From assembly GCA_026413805.1 (NCBI GenBank), contig JAOAKE010000001.1, forward strand, positions 30,199 through 94,198: DNA of 64,000 nt, given 5' to 3'. The DNA is from Candidatus Micrarchaeota archaeon. GTDB taxonomy: Archaea; Micrarchaeota; Micrarchaeia; Anstonellales; Anstonellaceae. Positions 28,577-36,511 of the stretch are shown in pieces (within the stretch, counting starts at the first letter, position 1; every line of letters starts with the position of its first letter). The notes beneath the pieces were generated by a model. The model was given only the letters and a program-made list of their open reading frames with translations. It did no database searches and was not told where the DNA came from. The position numbers and the translations under genes are program-made.

Positions 28577-28864
28577 TCATTTCTTTTGAAGCTTCTTGAC
28601 CCAGAAAGGAAGCGGGCTTTTGGTGGTAAAGTCAATGATTTTTATCTCGTCTTTTTTTTGCTTGGCGAATACGATAGGCTTTCCGTCTATGCCGCTCAAG
28701 GTAAATGTGGTTTGCCCATCTTCATTTATGCCGATGGTCATTCGCTGCTTCTTTCCATGCAGCTCAAACTCAAAGCTGTAATTTTCGCCATCTGCAGTAA
28801 TCCTTATTTCATTTATTTTGTCCCATGGGATTTCGCTTGGGGAGGGAAACTTTTCTGAGCCCAT
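28577..28864 (-). CDS. hypothetical small protein (95 aa)
   Basis: ATG-initiated ORF in otherwise empty interval; no recognisable motif. Confidence 0.4.
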   Translation of the reverse strand: MGSEKFPSPSEIPWDKINEIRITADGENYSFEFELHGKKQRMTIGINEDGQTTFTLSGIDGKPIVFAKQKKDEIKIIDFTTKSPLPFWVKKLQKK

Positions 28865-29030
28865 CTAACCACTAATGCATAAGTAATTGTTGTGGTGTCT
28901 TCTTCTCCTCTTTTTCTGGAAGCGTATTGTGAAACATCTTATAAGTTAAATAAAGATTTTCGAGCACCTCTTTGAAATGTGGGTTTTGAGGAGTAATTAT
29001 TTTGACTTCTGGGTTTGCCATAAAACCACT

Positions 29031-29477
29031 TCACATGATTTTTTCATATGTTATTTCACTCTCCCTTTCTTGCCCTTTTGGAAGGGAGATTGTCAGTATC
29101 TCTTTGAGGCGGCTGCCCTTGGTAAGCGATGCCTCAATAAAATCCCCTCCTACACGAAGGGTGAGGAACTCCTTGCCCGCGCTTGTTTCAACCATGATGG
29201 TGTAAACCTCTGCAAGCATCTCATTGTCCTTTGAGATGCCCCGCCCCACCTTTACAGATATATTATGTTGGTCTGGGTTTTTATATATGTCTGCCACCAG
29301 TGTGAGCATCCGGCTTTGCTCATTCTTCAAAACTGCGTTAACCTTTGGGTTTGAGATGAAAAGGCTTTGGAAGATGTCTGCTGCCTCGCTGGTGGTTTTT
29401 CGGCTGAAGTCCACGATTGTTTGGAATACTTTCCACTCCCCTTGTGCGCCTGCGGGCGCCTCGGCTTTCTGCGCCAT
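29031..29477 (-). CDS. hypothetical protein (148 aa)
   Basis: ATG-initiated ORF; no recognisable motif. Confidence 0.4.
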   Translation of the reverse strand: MAQKAEAPAGAQGEWKVFQTIVDFSRKTTSEAADIFQSLFISNPKVNAVLKNEQSRMLTLVADIYKNPDQHNISVKVGRGISKDNEMLAEVYTIMVETSAGKEFLTLRVGGDFIEASLTKGSRLKEILTISLPKGQERESEITYEKIM

Positions 29478-29520
29478 AATGAATCTTCTGCCTGCTTTTA
29501 TTTAAAATAGGGGCCGCGGG

Positions 29521-31554
29521 CTATATCGCCCCTATTTCTTTGCCGGCAATTACTGCTGCCACGAGCAACGAAACAATGTTTAGGACCTTTACCATTGGGT
29601 TTAACGCGGGGCCGGAGGTGTCTTTCAGTGGGTCTCCCACTGTGTCGCCAACCACTGCTGCCTTGTGGGCATCAGAGCCCTTGCCCCCAAATGCCCCAGA
29701 CTCAATGTATTTCTTTGCGTTGTCCCATGCAGCTCCTGCATTCGCCTGGAACACTGCCAATAGTTGGGCAGATACTATGGCGCCTGCAAGAAAACCACCC
29801 AGCGCCTCTAGCCCGAGCCCAAAGCCAATTGCAACCGGCACGGCAACCACCATCACCCCTGGAAGAATGAGAGAGCTTATGGCTGCTTTTGTCGAGATGT
29901 CAACACATGATGCATAATCTGGCTTTTTGATGCCCTTCATTATCTTGTCATCTTTGAATTGGCGGCGAACTTCTTCTACGACAAGGTTTGCTGCCCTTCC
30001 GACTGCGCGCATGGTCATTGAAGAAAATATAAATGGGATGGCTGCGCCAATCAGGAGCCCTATAAAGACCAATGGGGATGCCACGTTGATCTGGCTCAGC
30101 CCGGTGCTTTCAAAGTAGGTTGAAAACAAAGCGACTGCGGCTATTGCAGCTGAGCTTATCGCAAACCCTTTAGTGACTGCTTTTGTAGTATTGCCAACTG
30201 CGTCTAGCTTGTCGAGGCGCTTTCTGCCCGCACTTGCCAAGCCAGACATTTCGCCAATCCCGCTTGCATTGTCAGAGATTGGGCCAAATGTGTCCATCGC
30301 CATTATCAGCGCAGTTGCAGAAAGCATGCCAAGCCCCACCAATGCTATGCCAAAATAGCCCAAGCCTGTGCCAAAAAAGCCAAGCAATATTGCTGCACAG
30401 ACTATTAAGACGCCTGCTACTGCAGACTCCATTCCTAGCGCCAGGCCAGAAATCAGGTTTGTGCCTGCCCCGGACTTTGCAGACTCTGCTGTCTCCCGGA
30501 CTGGTTTTTGCTTGGTGGAGGTGTAGTAGTCTGTAAGGTAGATGATGAGATGGGTGGCAAGCAGCCCGACAACCAAGGCAAATGCATAAGAGAGGCTGCC
30601 AAGCAAGAAATAGGAAACCAAAAGAAAGAAAGCTGCAGAGAGCAACGAGAAGTTTACAAGCCCTCTTTTCATGGCTTCAAATGGGTATTCTGACTCTTTT
30701 TTGAGGCGGGTGGTTTTGCTTGCCAAAAGCCCAATTAAAAGCGCTCCAGCAGCAACAATTAGTGGAAAGATGGCCCCTGCCAGCCCAAGAAGCACTGCGC
30801 CAAGGACCACGGCGGCAATCAGCGCAACGCTGTAGGACTCAAAGACATCTGCGCCCATCCCTGCGCAGTCCCCGACGTTGTCTCCTACATTGTCCGCAAT
30901 TGTTGCAGGGTTTCGTGGGTCATCTTCAGGGATTCCCTTTTCTACTTTGCCAACCAAATCTGCGCCCACGTCAGCCGCTTTTGTATAAATGCCCCCGCCA
31001 ACACGCATGAACAGCGCCAATACGTTTGCACCAAAGCCAAAGCCGATCAGTGCCCGCGCCGCTTCGCTTAAGGCGTGCCCCTCACCCCCAAAGTAGAGCA
31101 GCACGCCTATAAAAACTGCAGCCACGCCAAGAAGGCCTAGCCCTGCCACCAAAGCGCCATTGACTGTGCCTGCCTGAAAGGGAATTGAAAACGCCTCTTG
31201 CATGCTCGAAAGAGACGCCCTGGCAGTCCTTGCATTGGTATTTACTGCCAACAACATGCCAAAATATCCTGCCAACCCAGAACAGGCTGCCCCTACAAGA
31301 AAGGCAGCTGCAACTGCAGGACCAAGGACAAAGTATATTATTGCAAGCAAGACAAATGAAAAGCTGATTATTGTGATGAATTGCCTTTTGAGGTAGGCTG
31401 CTGCGCCTTCTTTAATGGCTTGGGAGATTTCCTTCATCCTTTCACTGCCTTCATCTTTTTTGAAAACCTCCAAGGCAAGCTTGAGCCCATATGCTAAGCC
31501 TGCAATGGCAGCAATAATTGAAAGGTATCCCCACTCTAAAGAAGCCAGTGACAT
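29521..31554 (-). CDS. hppA: membrane-bound proton/sodium-translocating pyrophosphatase (H+-PPase)
   Basis: GDNVGDCAGMGADVFESY and GDTVGDPLKDTSGP signatures; ~16 TM helices; start moved to ATG 31554 preceded by GGGAGGTGG, removing overlap with PIN gene. Confidence 0.9.
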   Translation of the reverse strand: MSLASLEWGYLSIIAAIAGLAYGLKLALEVFKKDEGSERMKEISQAIKEGAAAYLKRQFITIISFSFVLLAIIYFVLGPAVAAAFLVGAACSGLAGYFGMLLAVNTNARTARASLSSMQEAFSIPFQAGTVNGALVAGLGLLGVAAVFIGVLLYFGGEGHALSEAARALIGFGFGANVLALFMRVGGGIYTKAADVGADLVGKVEKGIPEDDPRNPATIADNVGDNVGDCAGMGADVFESYSVALIAAVVLGAVLLGLAGAIFPLIVAAGALLIGLLASKTTRLKKESEYPFEAMKRGLVNFSLLSAAFFLLVSYFLLGSLSYAFALVVGLLATHLIIYLTDYYTSTKQKPVRETAESAKSGAGTNLISGLALGMESAVAGVLIVCAAILLGFFGTGLGYFGIALVGLGMLSATALIMAMDTFGPISDNASGIGEMSGLASAGRKRLDKLDAVGNTTKAVTKGFAISSAAIAAVALFSTYFESTGLSQINVASPLVFIGLLIGAAIPFIFSSMTMRAVGRAANLVVEEVRRQFKDDKIMKGIKKPDYASCVDISTKAAISSLILPGVMVVAVPVAIGFGLGLEALGGFLAGAIVSAQLLAVFQANAGAAWDNAKKYIESGAFGGKGSDAHKAAVVGDTVGDPLKDTSGPALNPMVKVLNIVSLLVAAVIAGKEIGAI

Positions 31555-31577
31555 CTTCTTCCACCTCCCAAAAGAAC

Positions 31578-31967
31578 TTACACAATGCCTATTTTGCATT
31601 TGTGCTTTAGCACTACGACTCCGATCCTTGCGCTGGCTAACTTTTTCCTAAGCGCCCTGTCGTTTGTCGCGACCAACGTCTTGTTTTTGGTGGCAAATTT
31701 AAAAATCCACTTGTCAACCTCGCCAGAACTTTTCAGTATTTTGGTTGGGATTTTCAAAGAAAGGGTTTGAATGGCGCCAAGAGCGAAACGCGCGGCGCTT
31801 GCCCGCCTACCCCCCTTACAAGAGAGGGCTTCCAGCTCCTCAACTGCTCCTGAGGGGATGATTATCTGGACTGGCCCGTCTGCAATGTGCAGCAAGCCTT
31901 CAATCAAATCCACTTTTTGTTCGTATTGAGAAAGCAAGAAATTGGTATCTAAGACTACTTTTTTCAT
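31578..31967 (-). CDS. PIN-domain protein (Fcf1/VapC-like nuclease fold)
   Basis: MKKVVLDTNFLL... with conserved acidic residues (D, E, D) of PIN fold; ATG 31967 confirmed. Confidence 0.6.
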   Translation of the reverse strand: MKKVVLDTNFLLSQYEQKVDLIEGLLHIADGPVQIIIPSGAVEELEALSCKGGRRASAARFALGAIQTLSLKIPTKILKSSGEVDKWIFKFATKNKTLVATNDRALRKKLASARIGVVVLKHKCKIGIV

Positions 31968-32017
31968 GAGTAAAAAAGGAGGGCACTGCTTAAAAGAGAT
32001 GGGCTTGAAATTGAAGC

Positions 32018-32548
32018 ATGAGGAAGGTAAGCGTACTTCGGCTGGGCCACCGAATTGGGAGGGATAGGCGAATAACAACCCATGTTTTTTTGGCAGCGCG
32101 AGCGCTCGGGGCGAATGATGGGATTTTGTGCGGAGAGAAAGATGAAAGGTTGTTAGAGAGCATAAGGAAAGTGAGTAAGTTGTGGGGCGGGGCGTTTGTA
32201 GTGCGCTATGAAGAAAATTGGAAAAAATGCCTCATGGAAGAAAAGAGGCAGGGGAAGGTGGTTGTGCACCTTACTATGTATGGAGAACCATTTCTTGAAA
32301 GGGTTTCTTTGTTGAAGGAAAAAGAGTTGGTGGTTGTTGTAGGCGCAGGAAAGGTCCCTCCAGAGATTTACCACATTGCAGACTTTAACCTTGCAGTGAC
32401 TCAGCAACCCCATTCAGAAGTGTCTGCACTTGCGCTTTTTCTTGACAGGTATTTTGAAGGGAAGGAACTTTCTTTGAATTTTGAAGGGATGATAAAAATA
32501 CTGCCAAATAAGTGCGGTAAAAGTGTTGTTCGTGTAAAAAATGTATGA
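32018..32548 (+). CDS. tRNA (cytidine56-2'-O)-methyltransferase aTrm56 (SPOUT)
   Basis: VLRLGHRIGRDRRITTHVFLAARALGA N-terminus characteristic of aTrm56. Confidence 0.8.
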   Translation: MRKVSVLRLGHRIGRDRRITTHVFLAARALGANDGILCGEKDERLLESIRKVSKLWGGAFVVRYEENWKKCLMEEKRQGKVVVHLTMYGEPFLERVSLLKEKELVVVVGAGKVPPEIYHIADFNLAVTQQPHSEVSALALFLDRYFEGKELSLNFEGMIKILPNKCGKSVVRVKNV

Positions 32549-32587
32549 AGGAATAAATAGGGTGCGGCTAAAATTAAAGCGGTGAGC

Positions 32588-33154
32588 ATGGCGACTAAAA
32601 AGGCTCTTAAAAAAAAGAAGGTTAATTCTTCTAAGAAGGTTAAGAAGAAAGTTAGGAAAAAAAGCAAGGGATATGGTGGGGGGAGGATTGGTGGTGGAAA
32701 AAGGCCTAATTTTGAAACTCAGGTAAGGCGCGCCACTTATTCTAAAACTGCACGCCTGAGTGCGCTTGCCTGCGCAAAGACGAGGCAATGGTTGATTGAG
32801 ATGGGGGGAGAGAACACCATCGCCATAATCAAAGAGTTTGACATGGATATGAGTGATGAGGAGATTGCGAAAAAAACAGGAATACGCGCTTCTGATGTGA
32901 GAGTGGTGTTAAATCGGCTGCATGGTTGTGGGTTGTTTTCTTATACTCGAGTCCGAGACCGTGATAGTGGATGGTACTCGTATATTTGGAAGTTAAATGA
33001 GGAAAAGCTAAGGCAAGTGGTTGAAGGAGAAAACACTATTATGGTGGAAAAGGTTGAGGAAGAGCCTGTTGTTGAAGAAAGATATTTGGAAAAAAACATG
33101 TTAAATGAGGGGCGTGTGGTAAAAAGACCACCTGCCCTTCAAAAAGGCTTTTAA
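32588..33154 (+). CDS. tfe: transcription factor E (TFE/TFIIE-alpha winged helix) with ~60-aa Lys/Gly-rich N-terminal extension
   Basis: wH core IAIIKEF...SDEEIAKKTGIRASDVRVVLNRLHGCGLFSYTRVRDRDSGWYSYIWKLN; N-terminal KKALKKKKVNSSKKVKKKVRKKSKGYGGGRIGGG. Confidence 0.75.
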   Translation: MATKKALKKKKVNSSKKVKKKVRKKSKGYGGGRIGGGKRPNFETQVRRATYSKTARLSALACAKTRQWLIEMGGENTIAIIKEFDMDMSDEEIAKKTGIRASDVRVVLNRLHGCGLFSYTRVRDRDSGWYSYIWKLNEEKLRQVVEGENTIMVEKVEEEPVVEERYLEKNMLNEGRVVKRPPALQKGF

Positions 33155-33178
33155 GCCAACCTATTTCTATAAACTGCC

Positions 33179-33253
33179 AGCGGGATAGGGTAGCTTGGAG
33201 TGCCCGCTGGGCTCATAACCCAGAGATCAGTGGTTCAAATCCACTTCCCGCTA
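33179..33253 (+). tRNA. initiator tRNA-Met (anticodon CAU)
   Basis: Hand-folded cloverleaf: acceptor AGCGGGA/UCCCGCU with A1:U72, D-stem GGGU/GCCC, anticodon stem CUGGG/CCCAG with three G:C pairs next to loop CUCAUAA, T-arm AGUGG-UUCAAAU-CCACU, discriminator A; CCA not encoded. Confidence 0.8.
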
Positions 33254-33457
33254 TTTTGAGGTTGATCGCTGCGCCTTTTTGGTTCTTTCCCACCCCGGGC
33301 TTCCACTATTTAAGTGTATGTTCTTTTGTTTTGATTTTATTATGTAACTATGGTTACTATAAATAAGAAAAAACAACCAATATAAGAAAAAAATCAAATA
33401 AAAAACGAGATAATTAAAATAAAGAAAAGATAAAAATTAATGGAAGTGTGGGGATAC

Positions 33458-33736
33458 CTACCCTTCTAAGCCAACATTGGCGCTCTTTGAGACAACAACA
33501 ACATCTTCTATTGACTTAACCGACTTGAACAAAACAGAGCGGTCGCGAAGCACCCTTTTTGCCTCTTCTTTTGAAACTGCGTTGAGGGGGTCCATAGTTA
33601 GCCTGATAATCTCTCCCTTTTCCAAATCAAGAAGTATTTCTTGGACTCGCCCCAAAAACTTCCCACCATCTGTGTAAATATCCATTCCATATATCTTCGA
33701 AACCTTTATTGCCATAAACATCACCCTGGTCTGCAA
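33458..33736 (-). CDS. PRC-barrel domain protein
   Basis: Small protein with PRC-barrel-like pattern (IYGMDIYTDGGKFLGRVQEILLDLEKGEI); alternative starts at 33721/33715. Confidence 0.55.
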   Translation of the reverse strand: MQTRVMFMAIKVSKIYGMDIYTDGGKFLGRVQEILLDLEKGEIIRLTMDPLNAVSKEEAKRVLRDRSVLFKSVKSIEDVVVVSKSANVGLEG

Positions 33737-33781
33737 GCGTTTTCTTCACATCTCGAATTTAAAAACTTATCTTCAACCATC

Positions 33782-34777
33782 CTATTTTCTTCTTTTCAAA
33801 ACAAACACAGCCAACATCTCCAATGCCTTTCTCTTTGGGTTGCTAGGCAGAGCGCGAAGTAAAGAAAGCGCCTCTTTTATTTCCCTTTCAGCAGCTTGCA
33901 ATGCTCGCTTAGGAGCCCCGCTCTTTTTGATAAGGGAGAGGGCCATGTCTACCTCTTCATCCCCTTTTTTCTCTTTTTTAAGGATATTCAAAAGAAGCTG
34001 GCGGTCGTTGGGGGGCAGGGCTTTCAAGGCCTCAATGACTATTAAAGTGCGCTTGCCTTCCCTTATATCCCCACCTATTTCCTTTCCATACAGCGCCTCT
34101 TCCCCAACAATATTCAAGACATCATCAACAATCTGAAACCCCATCCCAATCTTCCTTCCAAATAAAGACAAGGCTCGGCACTGCCTTTCACTTCCACCAC
34201 CTAATAATCCCCCAACTTCACAAGAAACTGCAATAAGGGCGCCGGTCTTGCCGCTAATCACCCGCCTATACGCCGCCTCATCCACATCCCAATTATTGGC
34301 TTTATACCAACCAAGTTCAATAGCCTGCCCTTCCAAAACCTCTGTAAAAGCTGAAAGGAGCAGCTCCTGGGCCTTCTCTTTCTTTGGCCCTTTTATCCTG
34401 CGCGCCTCCCTCCAAACCATCATGAACAAACCATCCCCAGCATTTAGGGCAAGTGGGATTCCATACTTTACATGAAGGCAAGGGGAGCCCCTTCGCATCT
34501 TTGAGTCATCTTCAATATCATCATGTATTAGAGTAAAGTTATGAAACATCTCAATAGCAGTTGCTGCAGCCAGAGCGTCTTCCTTCTTTCCACCAACCAC
34601 TTCACAAGAAAGCAGGCAGAGAGCAGGCCTTAGGCGCTTGCCCTCAAAAGAAAAAAATTCAGAAAGAAGCCCGTAGACTTCTTTAGGTTCCTTTGGCTTG
34701 CCGAAAATCTCTTTTAACCTAGAGTCAACAGGCGCCACGGTCTTGCGCAAGATTTCATCAAGTTCAGCTTCATCCAT
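33782..34777 (-). CDS. geranylgeranyl diphosphate synthase (trans-polyprenyl synthetase)
   Basis: FARM LIHDDIEDDSKMRRG and SARM FQIVDDVLN motifs. Confidence 0.85.
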   Translation of the reverse strand: MDEAELDEILRKTVAPVDSRLKEIFGKPKEPKEVYGLLSEFFSFEGKRLRPALCLLSCEVVGGKKEDALAAATAIEMFHNFTLIHDDIEDDSKMRRGSPCLHVKYGIPLALNAGDGLFMMVWREARRIKGPKKEKAQELLLSAFTEVLEGQAIELGWYKANNWDVDEAAYRRVISGKTGALIAVSCEVGGLLGGGSERQCRALSLFGRKIGMGFQIVDDVLNIVGEEALYGKEIGGDIREGKRTLIVIEALKALPPNDRQLLLNILKKEKKGDEEVDMALSLIKKSGAPKRALQAAEREIKEALSLLRALPSNPKRKALEMLAVFVLKRRK

Positions 34778-34841
34778 CGTTCCACTTAGTTTTTGGGCAG
34801 TGCAATTGTTTTTATACCCTATTCCCTAAAAAATCGTCTGC

Positions 34842-34937
34842 GGGCCCATAGCTCAGCTTGGTAGAGCGGTGGACTCTTAATCCACGTGTCGGGGGTTCGA
34901 ATGCAGCCTCAGGCTGCCGGCGCTCCCTCTGGGCCCG
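34842..34937 (+). tRNA. tRNA-Lys (anticodon CUU) interrupted by a ~22-nt non-canonical intron in the T-loop (position ~59/60)
   Basis: Acceptor GGGCCCA/UGGGCCC, D-arm GCUC-AGCUUGGUA-GAGC, anticodon arm GUGGA-CUCUUAA-UCCAC, T-stem GGGGG...CCCUC; between UUCGAA and U-CCCUC lies UGCAGCCUCAGGCUGCCGGCGC containing hairpin GCAGCC-UCA-GGCUGC. Confidence 0.7.
34902..34923 (+). other. predicted tRNA intron (T-loop, non-canonical position) within tRNA-Lys
   Basis: Removal restores a canonical 7-nt T-loop UUCGAAU and 74-nt mature tRNA; exact splice junction ambiguous by 1 nt because of repeated U. Confidence 0.55.
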
Positions 34938-36423
34938 TTTCATTTGTTGTTTTGTTTGCTTTATCTTTGACTTGCTGGGATAAAAATTCCTCAATCAAAC
35001 CCTCCTCTGCCTTGGCCACACACTCATAATAGGCGCTTGTTTTGTTGAAGCCGCAAAATCCACTGTTGCATATGCATGATAGGTTTGCATAGCACTGCAA
35101 AATAGGGCCAGTTTCAACAGGGAAGGTGCGGGTGTCGTTTTTTGGCACGCAATATTGCCTTGCATTCCCCACAACTTTACAGTCACTGTCAGCGGCGCAG
35201 TTCTTCTGATCCATTAGCCTCTTGAGGCGTTCGGCTTCAGCAGCCACCTTCTTCTGGCCTTCAATAGAAGCATTAATACACACCTGCACCAAGCTGCTGT
35301 TTTTAAGCTTCTTGCACAGTTCGTATTCACCAGTGTTCTTCACAACCGAAATATAGCAGTCATCTTTCAAAATATCTAGCTTTTCGCAAAGAACCTTGTT
35401 GTTAGTCAGCTGCGCCACAACTAAAGTGCATTGCTCATAAATCGTGGCATTAGTTATTTTTTTGCAGACTTCCCACTTTTTCCTCTCAGCGCCCAAGGCA
35501 ACGTAACACTTGTCCCTCTCATATCCTTTTTGGATTTCGCATGTCTGCATAGAGACAAAGTCTTTCACAGAGCTTTGGTAATAGGCTGCAAAGGAGGAGG
35601 CACTAATGAGGCCCTCGGGCTTGGGCGGCAGTTGGGCCGCCTCGGTTTTTATTACAAAGTACTCTCTTTCATATCTCTGTGCCACGCCATTTAAGTAGTA
35701 GGTAGCAACAACCTTTGCTACCAACTTGCTTTCGCCATCAATCCAATAAGTTATCTTCCTGTTTGTTACAGACGTCACTTCTGGCGAATCAGGAGAAATG
35801 CCCGCTTCCATCAATTGCTTGACAGTAAGCTGCCTGTAGTCCAGAGAATATGATATTTTCGTAGCCTCAAAACCATTTATCTTCTCACTGCTGACCTCTT
35901 CAATAGTGATTGCCTTGTTGGTTATCAGAAAACGCATCTGGTCTTTCTGCGAAAGGTATAGCGCCCTGTCTGGGATGGCCTTTTTTATGTTGGAAAGCAC
36001 TCCCTTTACATCACTGTTGTTTTCTGCCATGGCGCAGCGCCGCTCGCCGCCATAAGCAAGGCACACCACATCAGAGCTTTCATTTTCCCCGAAAAACGCC
36101 TCCAAGTTTCCAAAGTTGCTTGTCAGGTTTACCCAACTTGACGTTCCGTTTTTCCCTATTTGGTAGCGGCTTTCTACCCCATCAGAAAGTTCTCGGTATT
36201 CTAAATAATAATCTTTAAGCGCAGCCCCTGCTTCATAGGTAGAAAGAAGCAGCTGCGCAGCAGGCGTGTCAATGGCAGGAACAGGCTCTCCCCGTGCGTT
36301 CAGCTGCGAATTCTCCTTTAAAAAATAGGCGGCTCCTGCTATCAGCAAAATTACCACTACCCCCAAGAGCAACAAAACGCGGCTGTCTATGCCAAGCTGC
36401 TTTTTTTCCTTGTCCTGGTTCAT
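34909..36423 (-). CDS. membrane-anchored extracellular protein with C-terminal Cys-pair repeats (hypothetical)
   Basis: N-terminal TM LLLLGVVVILLIAGAAYFL after short cytoplasmic tail; C-terminal region has 4+ copies of C-x(9-12)-C-[YI] repeat; ATG 36423 (track TTG 36441); 3' end overlaps tRNA-Lys on opposite strand. Confidence 0.5.
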   Translation of the reverse strand: MNQDKEKKQLGIDSRVLLLLGVVVILLIAGAAYFLKENSQLNARGEPVPAIDTPAAQLLLSTYEAGAALKDYYLEYRELSDGVESRYQIGKNGTSSWVNLTSNFGNLEAFFGENESSDVVCLAYGGERRCAMAENNSDVKGVLSNIKKAIPDRALYLSQKDQMRFLITNKAITIEEVSSEKINGFEATKISYSLDYRQLTVKQLMEAGISPDSPEVTSVTNRKITYWIDGESKLVAKVVATYYLNGVAQRYEREYFVIKTEAAQLPPKPEGLISASSFAAYYQSSVKDFVSMQTCEIQKGYERDKCYVALGAERKKWEVCKKITNATIYEQCTLVVAQLTNNKVLCEKLDILKDDCYISVVKNTGEYELCKKLKNSSLVQVCINASIEGQKKVAAEAERLKRLMDQKNCAADSDCKVVGNARQYCVPKNDTRTFPVETGPILQCYANLSCICNSGFCGFNKTSAYYECVAKAEEGLIEEFLSQQVKDKANKTTNETGPEGAPAA

Positions 36424-36511
36424 TGCTCTCCCTCCAGCCAAAACGCTAAATTCTTCTGAAAAGGTTATAATCTTTCTCTATTTTGTTTGGCGCGAGCAGC
36501 ACCTAATCCGC

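Noticed and set aside
29540-30536. Several 60-125 aa plus-strand ORFs within the H+-PPase gene
   Set aside because: Antisense to a gene with unmistakable V-PPase signatures
31554-31599. Apparent 22-nt overlap between hppA and the PIN gene in the ORF track
   Set aside because: Resolved by using the in-frame ATG at 31554 with a strong GGGAGGTGG RBS; the upstream 15 codons are probably not translated
34812-34994. 60-aa minus ORF overlapping tRNA-Lys
   Set aside because: Lies across a tRNA gene; basic low-complexity translation
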